In this document: positions 13,924-26,415 of the stretch, one piece after another | How the letters are laid out: every line of letters starts with the position of its first letter | How positions within the stretch are numbered: position 1 is the stretch's first letter | Source of the DNA: Ruditapes philippinarum | Lineage: Eukaryota | Length of the DNA stretch: 64,000 nt | Assembly: GCF_026571515.1 (NCBI RefSeq) | Contig: NW_026861258.1 | Span: forward strand, 62,001-126,000 | Direction: 5' to 3' | The notes under the pieces: model-generated | What the model was told of the DNA's origin: nothing | Databases searched by the model: none | Seen by the model: the letters and a program-made list of their open reading frames with translations, nothing else | Translations under genes and position numbers: made by a program

Positions 13924-14762
13924 CAGTCTAACTTGCCCATGCGACCACGTGTATTAAGCGACTTCTGTCTTAAACGACCACTTTAAATGCCCCCCGATCA
14001 TTTTCCCTCTATACCTTTAATGTATTAAGCGACTTTTGCTCAACGCGACCAGCGACCGCTAATTAGTCACCTAATTGAGATCAATCTTTTCATTAAACTA
14101 CCACTTTTACCTGTCAAGTAGTTGTGTTTTTAGAGAACGCCACCTCGTAATGTCACAAGTGTCAACAATCAAAACACAATAAATAAACGTGTGAAAAACT
14201 CTATTTCCCACACCGTTTTAGCGTATGCAAATGAAGTTAAGTATACGCTTGACGTGTATTATCCAATAATATCGGATAAACAATGCAACGCTCCGCCCCT
14301 ACTGAGATGGTGTATACACTTCGCTTGTTGACATTTAGACTGCATCGAATTGACCTTGAACTTGATCAGCAATTAAATTAATCGTAGTTTGTTTATTTCA
14401 AATGAAAAAATGCACAACAAAATACATCATCACTAATAGCGTTTTCGTGTTGGAGACAAGGAAAAACAACGGAGAAGTTAAAAAATTCTGGAAAAAATGT
14501 CAAACATGTACGTAATGGATCAAAACTGTTTTGTCAATAAATATCAGAAATTTATTTTTTACATTTGCATCCATTTAGGTTAACGGAGCGTACTAATTAT
14601 TCATAATTTATATAAAAATGAAGTTGAAAAACATTCCTATCGCATAAGAAAGGTGTCATTTATAAATTTTGACTTTAACATCATGCTGTCTTAAGAGACC
14701 GTTTCATTTAGCGACTGTTTTGGGTGTTTCCCTTGCGCGGTCGCTTAATACATGTTTGACTG
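13924..14762. mobile_element. Tc1/mariner-pogo (Tigger-like) non-autonomous element
   Basis: TA-CAGTCTAACTTG ... CATGTTTGACTG-TA termini with subterminal repeats of the tattaagcgac/gcgacc motif. Confidence 0.7.
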
Positions 14763-15014
14763 TATTTGATATCAGATATAGAGGTCTTGATTTCGATCCC
14801 GCGCTAATCCAACAACATTTGCAGACGAGACTCAATTAAGAACTAGCGTCCTCTGTAATAGTGTTTTACACCTTGCATGCCACAGAAACGGACCAGAATA
14901 ATTTCTTAATCTGTTGCACTAACCAACAATAAAGAAAATCAGTATTCTGTAGGGAGTCGCCAATATGAGTTTCCGGTGGTGTCACTAGTCTCTCAAATTA
15001 TTGTTAGGTCATTG

Positions 15015-15200
15015 GAATGTGGTTCAGTGGTAACGCGATGGTTAATTAATCAATGTTCAAAGGTTCGATCCCCCATTCTGACACTAACAATACAAATGAT
15101 CTTCCAGATGAGACCTTAAAAACCGAAGTCACTTAATGTATAGCTGCTCTATCCCGGGCATGTCAAAGAACAAGGGTCGCCTCTACGATGGGACAACTGC
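15015..15200 (+). mobile_element. Degenerate tRNA-headed SINE, possibly with a Deu/Nin-like core
   Basis: A-box tggttcagtggt and B-box ggttcgatcc, followed by gatgagaccttaaaaaccgaagtc, which resembles the GATGAGACG-AAACCGAGGTC core of DeuSINE/Nin-type SINEs (recalled, not aligned). Confidence 0.45.
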
Positions 15201-16142
15201 CGAGTCCTTGTACTAGCTACCTCCGATGAAATATAAAAGAATTGATATCCCCTTCCCCTGCCAAAAGATACGTATTCCTTGTTTGAAAGTTCTTGGTATT
15301 ATATACCTCATAGAATTATTATGATACATACACATTTTGATACATAGCCTGCAAAAATGTGGAGTGATAAAATATAATGAAATTAGGATCTTATTCTTAA
15401 CATTATTTAATGCCATTGCTTGTCTATTCATTAAATGTTTGCCAAATTCAAATGAATGAAAGCACGTGTATGCCCACATTATCAAACTCATTTAATTTTA
15501 CGAGATCAGGAATAAATGTAATTTAAACAACAACCCAATTCGCATCAATTAATAGATTCTTTTTTTTTGTTTTACAAAAAAGCAACAACAACAGAATAGA
15601 ACTGTTCTGTTCTACTCATTTAAGTTATATACCGGTATGTTTTTTTTTTACATCGTATTGACTTAAAGATATGGATTCATTACAAATTGATACCGTAGAA
15701 TTTGAATTGCTAAAATTCTGTTCATTTGTAACACCCCCGTCACACCCGCGAATTTTTATCAGTATTTTAAGGAAAACGTACTCGTACTTCGAACTTGATT
15801 TTTCTCGACAAACAAAATTTAGCAAACTGTCACAGGGTTTCAACCCCGGCTATGGGTCCCTATGGCGTTTTACTCCGCGACCCACTGAAAACGCTCACCT
15901 TCGGAATTTGTTTTGTGCATGTTCAAAATAGTCGTCGTGGCTCGTTGTACCGATGCAATGACGGAGTCAACACGATGTCTTGAGTCAGTCACGTCATGGC
16001 TTGATCCAACAAAACAATATGTATCAATTAAGTCACAGTATAACAATGTTTATGCAAAGCAGCAGACGAGATGTTGCTTTGTACACACCGTCAACACAAA
16101 ACGTAATCATTCTTTACGCACTGTATAGCAAATAAAAGATTA

Positions 16143-19100
16143 TCATATCTTCATCACAGTTATCTTTCTTTCTTCACGTTTCCATCCAATCAATAATATT
16201 CTGAAATATATGTATAAAGAAAAAAAACTATCACAGCAAGAAATAAAATAAAAAGTTTTATGGTTAAGATACACATTTCTCAATTCTGAAAGATTGGACA
16301 GTGAAAATCTAGTTATTATCTAGCGCATAGAATGACGTGTACAGTATACAGTAGAGAACATCTGACCAGACTCTGATGACGTCTTCTCAAAAGCTTTTTG
16401 AAACTCAAACATGAACAGTTCGAACTTCAGGGCAGGACAATTTCATTATGCAATTTCAGAAATGTTACCTAGAGTAAAGTAAATACGAAATGTAATAAAG
16501 TTTTCAGAGCAGAGGCTTTGAATTATAAACAAATACCCATAAGGTACATACCTATATACGAAACATGCAATTATTTACAGCACCTATAAGAATGATATTA
16601 TTTCTTTGTTCCCTTTGTTATGTTTGGCATCAAATCAACATGGATAATGGTATTAATTTGCAAATCTTAGTGGCAGAAGAAACTTCCCGGGCTTACTCCA
16701 CAGACGAATACCTGATAATGGACTTACATCAGCACAAGGAGGACCTTATTGAACACTCAACATTTCATGTGTCATTAACAGCATATGATTAACTTAAATA
16801 GCTTGTGTTTATTGTAGAAATGTGAACTTAAAATTCATAAACGTTGATTTGATCATTCATATAGCTGGAGAATTCGTTTTGCTTTATTCAAAGTTGTGTG
16901 TACCTTTTGAAAAAAAAGATGGTTCTAGCAGCAGACGAACATAAATACGCGAAAAGTAAACGAAATGAATTGCGAACTTACATGAGCAGAACGAAAGCAA
17001 TACCATCAAATGACGACAGTACTAAAAATACGAAGCCTCTCATGAACTTCACACTGACAGAGTATATGGCACTGGTTCCAACATTACTAAGAAGATTAAC
17101 AATGATTTCTACAGATGCGAACGCTGCAAATATAGCGCCTGAAATAATGTTTGCCGACGAAAAGTTCATTAGTTCACTTTTTAGTGCAGTTTATATGTCA
17201 AAATGAAAATGTTATGGTCAACTGGCGACATATCAGTATATAATATTAATTACAGACGGACATCCATGAAACCCCTCCGTTTGTTATTTCACAGTACGGT
17301 TGGAGTTTCGTGAAAATCGGACGGAAATCGATGACACTTTACATTATGATGACCAAGAATTGTTCCACATATAATAATGTATCATTTTTGTCTCGTAATT
17401 AGATATTTTCATTCAGAATATCCAGTCTATTTTACTTAAAGAGATCTTTTCAACTTTACATTATTGGTTCATTTCAGATTAAACTAAAAGTAATGAACTG
17501 AAAGTTTACCTTGTTTACTAGGTTCAGATAATGAGGACGCGACACTTCTTATAACTATCGACTCTAATGGCCCAAAACTTGACACAGCCGCCGCTAGAAA
17601 TATAAACAACAAATTCTCTTACATTTAAAGCAGGATACCAACCTTATATTGATTTCCGACATTGTCTCGTGCATTATTACCAGGGGCAAACTCTACATGG
17701 TCTCCGAAATTGTCTCGTGCATAACTATCGGGGACCAAACGTTATATAAATTATGGATCTCCAAAATTGACTCGTGCATAATTAGCGGGGGACAATCTTA
17801 TATGGATCTTTGAAAATGTCTGGTGCATAATTAGTGGAGGACCAACGTAATATGAATCTTTGAAACAATGATCGATGTTTCATTCGTTCGCTCCTGGTTC
17901 CCAAAGAAATGACCTATCAATGGTTTGTATATTTGTTTTACACCATTACGGAGCAAGACTATGACCATCGTCATCCTCACCAATATCATGTTCGGTGTTT
18001 GACTCAACAGAATGAACCACTATAAGAATTTCTCAAACAGCAATGCATTAAATGACCAGACAAGAATGGTAACATAGAACTGTTGAATAGCATGCTGATA
18101 TTTGTTTTTTTTGTTTTTTTTTTGTTTTTTTCAAAAACATTTCATATTTAACAAATATAGCTTAAAATCATTAAAAAGTCACACAATCCAAGTTCACGAA
18201 CATACACTCATAATTGTTCATATACCCATCATATTTTAACTTAAGTACTTATAAGGTTGACCCCTTGCTATTGTTGGTGTATTTATCAAAATATGTAGTA
18301 TCAATGGTATACACATTGTATATAGATTTTAATATTATAAAATATAATTAGATTGGATCATTAAAACGTTCAGAGGATACGGTGCTACTAGTCTCTTGAA
18401 TTGTCTATAACACGAAATAACTACCTTTTTCTTTACTTGTTTGACCCATAAATGTGTTTTTATATTCTGCATATCTCGGATCTAGTTCATCAAAAGATCT
18501 CGTGATTTTTGCCATCTTGTATTAATTTCTATACTTGAAAAAAAGAACTACCTAAATAAAGCATTGCGCTGTTGTTTGCTAGTGCTGTTATAATGAAACA
18601 TCCGGCGTAGGACAATACACCTATCATAGCAATACTGACATCTGGTAAAAATAGCTGAAAGAATTTTACAGACCACACTCCAAACACCATCATCCCAACA
18701 GTCCTTGCCGCCCCATACAACCCAACCTGTAAAGAAAGGGGGTAGAAACGAATGCATCGCTCATAATATTGAAATATTAAGTAAGAGTTTTTGCTGGGCA
18801 AAGATCACATATACAAGGTGTAAAATACAATCTTTTGAATTCACGTATCATTTTTTACAATTAATTTGAATACACGTATTTATCTTAAAAATCGTGATTA
18901 AATAATAAAACTACTTGTATATTTACCTTTTCAGCACTCCAACAAAATGGCGTGGACATTTGATAAATGGTTTCTGTACCTATGCGTCCAAGAAAGCTAA
19001 AGTCGCAAAAACCATGGGCTAGCAGTAAAAACTGATATTTCCATCGGTTGTTGCCATAGTCTTTAGATATGAAAAATGAGAAACTGTGTCCAACTACTTC

Positions 19101-19924
19101 CCTTAGAGATTTGCTTGTTTTTCTTTTCTCCGGCGGAAATGATTCTGGTAGAAGAACCAACATCATAAAAAAGCTATTGTTAGAAGGACTACGGCAGCTG
19201 CCAAAGGAACGTAGAAGTTATAATTTTGTATAAGATATCCTGCTGCAAAACTGGCCAAAGTTAATGAGCTTCCAAGCATAAACATAATATATGCCATTCC
19301 ATTAGTTCTTTGCTTGCCAGGTTTGGTAATATCCCCCGCGTATGCAAGACATACTTGAAGGAATGTGGCATACTGGCCTGTGCAACCTTCTATGAAGCAT
19401 GCTCCAATGAAATATAACATATTAAATTTGAAATATATGATAATAACCGAAAATATCAACCGTAATGTAGTTCCAGAAATTCCTACGCCAAGTAAAAATT
19501 TCCTGCCTAGTGCGTCTGTATACGAGCCAAGAATAAGGTTCGACACTACGGCTGGAATACCTTGAGATAAACTATAATAGACCATATATTGTGCAGCCAT
19601 AGACGTCGCTTCACTCTCAAGTTTGAATTCTGGACTACTTTTATTTGCAACACACACAGATAAGGACGAACTGTTTACAGAAACATTTGCTTCTTTAAAC
19701 TTTATGTCATGCCACGTCTTATTGGTGTATTCTGTAATGGTATAATATGACATCATGTAACCAAACATATAAACCGATAAAAGAGGTCCTATTAGATAAC
19801 GTCTCCATGACGTCAGCTCTGCTGGTGCTCCACCGGAAATAGTTCCATAACCGGAAATACTGTCGTCTCCATTTATGACCGTTTTTAAAGGTCTTTTTGA
19901 ATCTTCGGTGGATATCGTCTTCAT
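16143..19924 (-). CDS. SLC46 family (PCFT/SLC46A3-like) major facilitator transporter, ~490 aa, 5 coding exons, one frameshift in the assembly
   Basis: Exons 19924-18927, 18726-18552, 17593-17510, 17138-16982 and 16200-16143, all GT-AG with consistent phases. MFS motif A-like GSYTDALGRK, N-glycosylated loop after TM1, LLPES after TM6, PFCWS, IRSVASSLSEPSKQG-AIFA. The frame breaks at an A6 run (19167-19172) that needs A7. Confidence 0.88.
17630..17870. repeat. Degenerate ~49-bp tandem repeat (4-5 units) in SLC46 intron
   Basis: Recurrent attgtctcgtgcataatta...gggg units. Confidence 0.7.
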
Positions 19925-20214
19925 TTTTGCACTGTATATGCACTTTTAAAAATACATTAGAGGAAAAAAACGTAACAAACATATGCCATAAATAATTTAG
20001 TCACATTTTCCTATTTGAATGTATGTGTAGATAATTTATAACTAAAATTCAAATATTTTTTTCATTTGATTTATATACATTTACGACATAACAATGACAT
20101 TATCAGGTGCAAACCTGTGAGTATCATATACATGCTGTGATTATCATATACATGTACATAAACACCTTTATCAAAGGCTTATTTAACCACAATACAACAC
20201 ACTGATAACATATA

Positions 20215-20438
20215 TGAGCCGTGTCACGACAAAACCAACATAGTGCGTTTGCGACCAGCATGGATCCAGACCAGCCTGCGCATCCGCGCAGTCTGATCAG
20301 GATCCATGCTGTTCGCTATCAGTTTCTCTACTTGTAATAGGGTTTGTAAGCGAACATCAGACTGCGCGGATGCGCAGGCTGGTCTGGATCCATGCTGGTC
20401 GCAAACCCATTATGTTGGTTTTGTTGTGACACGGCTCA
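20215..20438. mobile_element. Palindromic MITE (fold-back), copy 1
   Basis: TGAGCCGTGTCACGACAAAACCAACAT...ATGTTGGTTTTGTTGTGACACGGCTCA, almost wholly self-complementary, TA-rich flanks; near-identical family member at 61864-62100. Confidence 0.9.
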
Positions 20439-20959
20439 TATATTAACCTTAAAGGGTGTAAAATTATATGTAATGAAATATTTTAATAAAAACTATTAAC
20501 AGTTAATTTATATTGTTTCCATAATTTTATGACTGATTCTTGAAAATGTTATGACAAACAATGTCTCTGTTATTTAACACACATGTATAATATAATATTG
20601 TACGTTATTTGAACAAAATGCTCCGGAACAAAATATTATGTTGCTGTTCTTAAAAAGGTTCCTACCGTTTTGTCAATGATTATATAGATATATGCGTCAT
20701 TAGCTTTTTAAGGAACTATACTAACATATTTCTTTCATACATATAAGGATTTGATACTCTCGGAAAATGAAAACGAGGCTAGATGAAGTATGATATGCAT
20801 TTGAAATAGATTTTTATGAAAACGAGGCTCTACGCTTATATATATATGGGGTACTATATGCATTTGATACCATGCCCTTTTGGTATTTGGAAAGTATAGA
20901 AGGATGGACCTTCTTAAAACGCTTAATAATTTTGATACAACAATCAAAATGTCAGTATA

Positions 20960-23900
20960 ATGCATTTATTGATACATTTTTTATATATAATGTATTTGTG
21001 CTGTACTTATATAACACCAAATAGTTCCACGGTAATTAACACAGACAATTTCTCCTTTTTTGATGAAATTGAATCTGGTCTAGAAAAGTATAATCTGTTA
21101 GGTAAATGTTTTATTTTAGGAGATTTAAATAGTAGAACCTCAAATCAATTAGAAATATTATCGTATGATAACTACATTGATCAAGAAAATGGACTATCAT
21201 GTAATGTTGAAATTCCTCCGCGTGTATCTAAAGATAAATTGATTGACAGCCTAGGTAGACGTTTAATTGAATTTTGTCAAACAACATCGTATATCATATG
21301 TAATGGGAGGCTCCATAGGGACGCCAATATTGGGGAAAGTACATTTTGTTCAATTAACGGATCAAGCGTCGTAGATTACCTACTTATACACATGAATGAT
21401 TTGAATTGCATTTCTGACTTTTCAGTCGCCGAACCAAACGAATTTTCCGACCATAACGGATTAAGTTTTAATATTCCTTGTAATAAAGTAAACGATAACT
21501 CTAATCAAACTGAACAATGTGAAACCATTATTAAATGGGATGAAAATAAAAGGGAATCATTTTTAAACCTTCTTCGATCAAAAAGGAACATATTAAATGA
21601 TGTAAATGAACAGATTTGTAGCAACGAAAATGTTAATATTACATGTATTGCAGATAAGTTTACTGAAATTTTACACGAATGTGCATCTAATGTCTTTAGC
21701 GTTAAGCGTAAACACAATAATTCTTGTAAAAATAAACTTAAACAGCCCTGGTTTAATCAAGAGTGCTTTAACGCTAGACAAAAATTTAAAGAGAAGAGAA
21801 ATAAATTTGTAAAAAATAGATCAAATGAACAATTTAAAAGGGAATTTATTTTTGAAAGAGCAAATTATACAAAAGTTAAGAAGATAAATAAGCGAAAATA
21901 CAATTTCCAACAAAAAGACAACTTAAATAAACTAGGGAAATATCAACCAAAGAAATTTTGGAGCAAAGTTAAAAAGCAATACGCAAAGAAACAGTCAGAA
22001 GCAGATTCTTTAAACATGAATGAGCTTTATGATCATTTTAAAAATTTATACAGTACTGAAACAAACAGCCGTTCTGCAGATATAAACTATAACATATATG
22101 ACGAAGATCTTGATAAAGAAATTGAAATGCAAGAAATCAGAAAAGCTGTTTTTTCGCAAAATGATAATAAAAGTAGCGGGATAGATTCTCTTTTGGCAGA
22201 AATGTATAAATGTTCATTTGATGAAATATCAAAAACACTTCATTTACTTTTCAATAAAATATATGTCAGTGGAGAATATCCAATCTCGTGGGGGGAAGGC
22301 ATAATAGTACCAATCTTTAAGAGCGGAGATAAGGAGGATGCAAAAAATTACAGGGGTATTACATTGATAAATATTATCTCAAAAATATACTCACAAGTTC
22401 TTCTGAATCGCTTAACCGAATGGTCCAAAAAGCACCAAAAAATAATTGATAATCAATACGGCTTCCAAAAAGGTAAATCTACAGCCGATTGTATATTTCT
22501 TTTGAATTCTGTTATTGCGAAAACACTCTCTCAGGGGAAGAAACTCTACTCAGCATTTGTCGATTTTGAAAAATGTTTTGATAAGCTAGAAAGATCGTAT
22601 ATATTCATTAAACTTTTCCAAGAAAATGTCAGCTCTAGATTTGTTAAGGCGATTCAAAGTATGTACATGTCTGTGAAAGCGGCAATTAAATACAAAAATT
22701 CTGTATCCAACTTTTTCGAATCTAACATAGGCGCAAAACAAGGGGATCCCAGCTCTAGCTTACTTTTTCTCTATTTCGTAAATGATTTAGTTAATAATAT
22801 AAATAATAATATTGAAGGATTGTTTACCATCGATGAGATAAAACTTTTTGTTATTTTGTTTGCAGGCGACGCAGAATTTTTGCGCACACACTGGAAGCCT
22901 TACAGTCAATGCTCAATGATTTACAACTTTATTGTTTCAATTGGGGTATGAAAATCAATACAAAAAAAGACAAAAATAATGATTTTTGAACAAGGAAGAC
23001 ATTCTTCTTACGATTTCAGACTAAATAACGAGTCATTAGAAATTGTAACACAATTCAAATATTTAGGAGTGACTCTATTCAAGAACGGTCATTGGAATCG
23101 CACCCAAAAAACTCTTGCGCAACATTCCCTTTACGCTCTTCATAATCTATTTATTGTATTCAATCAGTTAGAATTAAAAGTCGTGGATAAATGCAAGCTT
23201 TTCGACAGTCTTGTTAGTTCTATTCTTAATTATGGGGCCGAAGTATTTGGATATGACGAAGCAAAGGATATTGAATTAGTTCATTGTAAATTTTTACGAA
23301 AAATACTTAATGTTAGGAAGTCAACAAATTTAGAGTGTTTATACGGAGAGCTTGGCCGACATCCAATGAGAATTCAAAGAAAAATTATACTTATTAAATA
23401 TTGGCTAAAAATTATAAATCTCGAAGAAAATTGTTTACTTAAACAAATGTACAACATACTTAAAATTGACGCTGACAACGAAAATTCATATAGAGGGAAA
23501 AATTGGGCCTACCATATCAAATCTATTCTTCAGGAGATAGGGATGTTTAATTTATGGTTAAGTCATACTGCTAATCAAAATAATTTCATTTCTATAAAAA
23601 ACAGAATTTTGGACATATATAAACAAGACTGGTATAGAAAAATAAATAATTCAAGTAGATTATCTTCCTATTGTATTTTCAAACATGAATTTAATCAAGA
23701 CTTATATCTAAGTGTTATAAATACGAATAAATTCAGAATAGCTTTAACAAAATTTAGACTGTCAGCACATAATCTTGCCATTGAAACAGGTAGACATCAA
23801 GGAACGCCTAGGGAAGAAAGAAAATGCCAAAAATGTACTATGAATGTAATTGAAAATGAGTTTCATTTCCTCCTTATTTGCCCAAATTATTATAACTTAA

Positions 23901-24283
23901 GGAAACAGTATCTAAAACCATATTTTTGTAGGTGGCCTACTATTAAAAAATTCGAATTACTGATGACAAGTAGAAATCCTAAAGAAATTATCAATCTATC
24001 AAAATATTTATACTTTGCATTTCAAAAAAGAGAATTACAAAATATTTAGAATAAAATAAACTGAAAGTATATAACTTTTAAGAAGTTAAATTATTGTTCT
24101 ATTCTGTTCAGTATTAATTGTTGTTTTGTACCATTCTTCTGTTAATTGTTAAATATTGTACAATGTTTGTAACACGTTTATCCCTTTTCATATGATATTG
24201 AAAGTATATTGGCTATATGTATGCTCATGCTATTTTATGCCAAATAAAGATTATGTTATGTTATGTTATGTTATGTTATGTTA
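20960..24283 (+). mobile_element. Non-LTR retrotransposon (RTE-X-like LINE): APE endonuclease + RT + C-terminal Cys/His domain, 5' truncated, 1 frameshift
   Basis: ORF 20960-22951: GDLNSRT, SVVDY, SDH (endonuclease); NYRGITL, QYGF, FVDFEKCFD, GAKQGDPSS, LFAGDA (RT). Continues after a 1-nt deletion at ~22875 (FAHTLEALQSMLNDL...KTKIMIF) into 22979-24049, ending CQKC...ENEFHFLLIC. 3' tail aataaaga(TTATG)n at 24243-24283. Confidence 0.92.
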
Positions 24284-24777
24284 TATAAAATTAGAATCCT
24301 GGTAATTATTTTGTTTGAGCCACCTATATTAACTATAACAATGTACAAGGAAGCCAGCGGTTATCCATCTCGCTTCGGCATATTCAAAATAAAGTTTGTT
24401 TTCAAGTCATTTTACAGAACTCTGCTACCAGTGACTACCAATTGGACTAACACTTGAGAAACTCAGACACAGTTATAGATCCGGTAGCTATAAATGTATT
24501 TCCAAACACAGCTTCCTCAAAAGAAGTGGAAATATATATCACTATGTTCGATGCGTCAAAATCCCTACGTTTTTTGGCGATTTTCAACATAACGCAGGGG
24601 CTGTCTGCAAAAAGCAATAGTAGTAGTGTTAAGCAAGTATTTGCCTAAAACAATTTTATCCAGAAAACGGAAATCGACCTGAATTAAAGGTAGAAATACT
24701 TACACTATTTTCTGGACGGTAAGCCCATCAGGAACTATCATTTTCATCTGAATATATACCGTATATATTAAGCATAT

Positions 24778-24842
24778 CACAGCATAGAATAGCATAGCAT
24801 AGCATAGCGTATGGTATATAGCAGCATAGCATAGCATAGCAT
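24778..24842. repeat. (AGCAT)n microsatellite
   Basis: Imperfect pentanucleotide run, visible directly. Confidence 0.85.
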
Positions 24843-25198
24843 ATCCAAACTATTACCATAACATATATTTTATTCAGCATAAATTTCAAGCCATATTATA
24901 GGGATTATAGTTTAAAGCGTATATGTATAACAAGAGTTTGACAATTTTTATATAACAAAACTATATATGAAGTACTTTGTAAATACTTTAAGCGGACAAA
25001 AACGTTTCATTATAAATACTTGCATATATATCAAAATGAAAAGATAGCTGCACTATGTCTGATAACACTTTTTGTTGAGGTTATCTCCTTTCTTTCATCA
25101 TTTGAATTAAATTATACATTATTTCCTTGTTAAAGTTTTAATTGGACTTAATTATTTTGATTTTGATGCATTAATTGAAGGTCATATATATCACGGAC

Positions 25199-25352
25199 NN
25201 NNNNNNNNNNNNNNNNNNNNNNNNNNNNNNNNNNNNNNNNNNNNNNNNNNNNNNNNNNNNNNNNNNNNNNNNNNNNNNNNNNNNNNNNNNNNNNNNNNNN
25301 NNNNNNNNNNNNNNNNNNNNNNNNNNNNNNNNNNNNNNNNNNNNNNNNNNNN
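25199..25352. other. Assembly gap (N run)
   Basis: Run of N characters. Confidence 0.99.
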
Positions 25353-25559
25353 NTAGTATAAAGGCCGGAACATCATCAAGGATGCTAAGCTGAACTTCAT
25401 AGGCCGATTTGGGAGTGTTTTTCCTTCCCATTATTTCATCCACCTCTTTATAAGGGCTCCCATATTATTGGGAATGTTTATTTGTATATCCTCTTTTTAT
25501 TATATATACAATATCAGTTTTTTTTACATCTTATAAATTATATATTTACACATACAATT

Positions 25560-26010
25560 TTCTTGTTAAAAACAACTGGAAGCGAATCTGTTCGTTTGTT
25601 ATGTTTGTGACCCCTAGTAGTATCTCCTTCTCGTATTTTTAATATTTCCTTATCTATTTTATCAATGTTGTTAATTATTTTATAAGTTTCAATCATGTCT
25701 GCTCTATTTCTTCTGTATTCTAAAGTTGGAATGCCTATAACTGTAACAGACTGGCTTTCTTTGGACATTTTCAATAGATATTGCATCTTGTTTTAAATTT
25801 ATGTTACCAAATGGCGGAGCTGTACTCAAGATGAGTCCTTACAAGAGATTTGTAAAGTTGTAGAAACATTTCCTTGTTCATATAAGTAAAGTTTTTGACT
25901 ATTAATCCCAAATTTCTGTTTGTCCTATTTACTTTACTACTTATATGTTTACTAAATGTCATTTTGTAATCAAAGATCACGCCCAGGTCTTCTTCTTCTT
26001 CTTCATTTAC
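25560..26010 (-). mobile_element. Decayed CR1-clade LINE 3' fragment
   Basis: Minus strand translates to EEDLGVIFDYKMTFSKHISSKV...LYKSLVRTHLEYSSAIW and PTLEYRRNRADMIETYKII...TRGH, typical post-RT motifs of CR1/L2-group elements; contains stops and deletions. Confidence 0.8.
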
Positions 26011-26415
26011 TTGTTGAATTTTGCCGGTATTATTGCTTGATCGAGTCTTTCATAAAATAATCACATGATATGTTTTGTCCAATTGATATGCATAGTTTTT
26101 TTTAGAAAAGAAAAACAAAACAAAAAACACCCAGACAGACTATAGACAGACAGCGTCACAAATATATGTAATGTATCTATAAAAATGCAGCTGTTCGTTC
26201 AATTGGGTCGTTTATTTTTTTATGACAGTTAAACTGTACAAGTAGCAGATAGATCAGAAAAGGCCGTATACTACGAGTAACATCCGAAGAGTAAACTTGA
26301 AAACGTCCAGGCGCGTCTGATCCTTGTTAAATCAGCGCTTATTAAAATTCGCAGAAGTTGCAAGCGTCCATTTATTTGGATAATTTGAAGAAAAGAAGTG
26401 AAAAATTAAGAAAAA

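Noticed and set aside
25171-25443. ORFs containing X runs
   Set aside because: They span the assembly gap.
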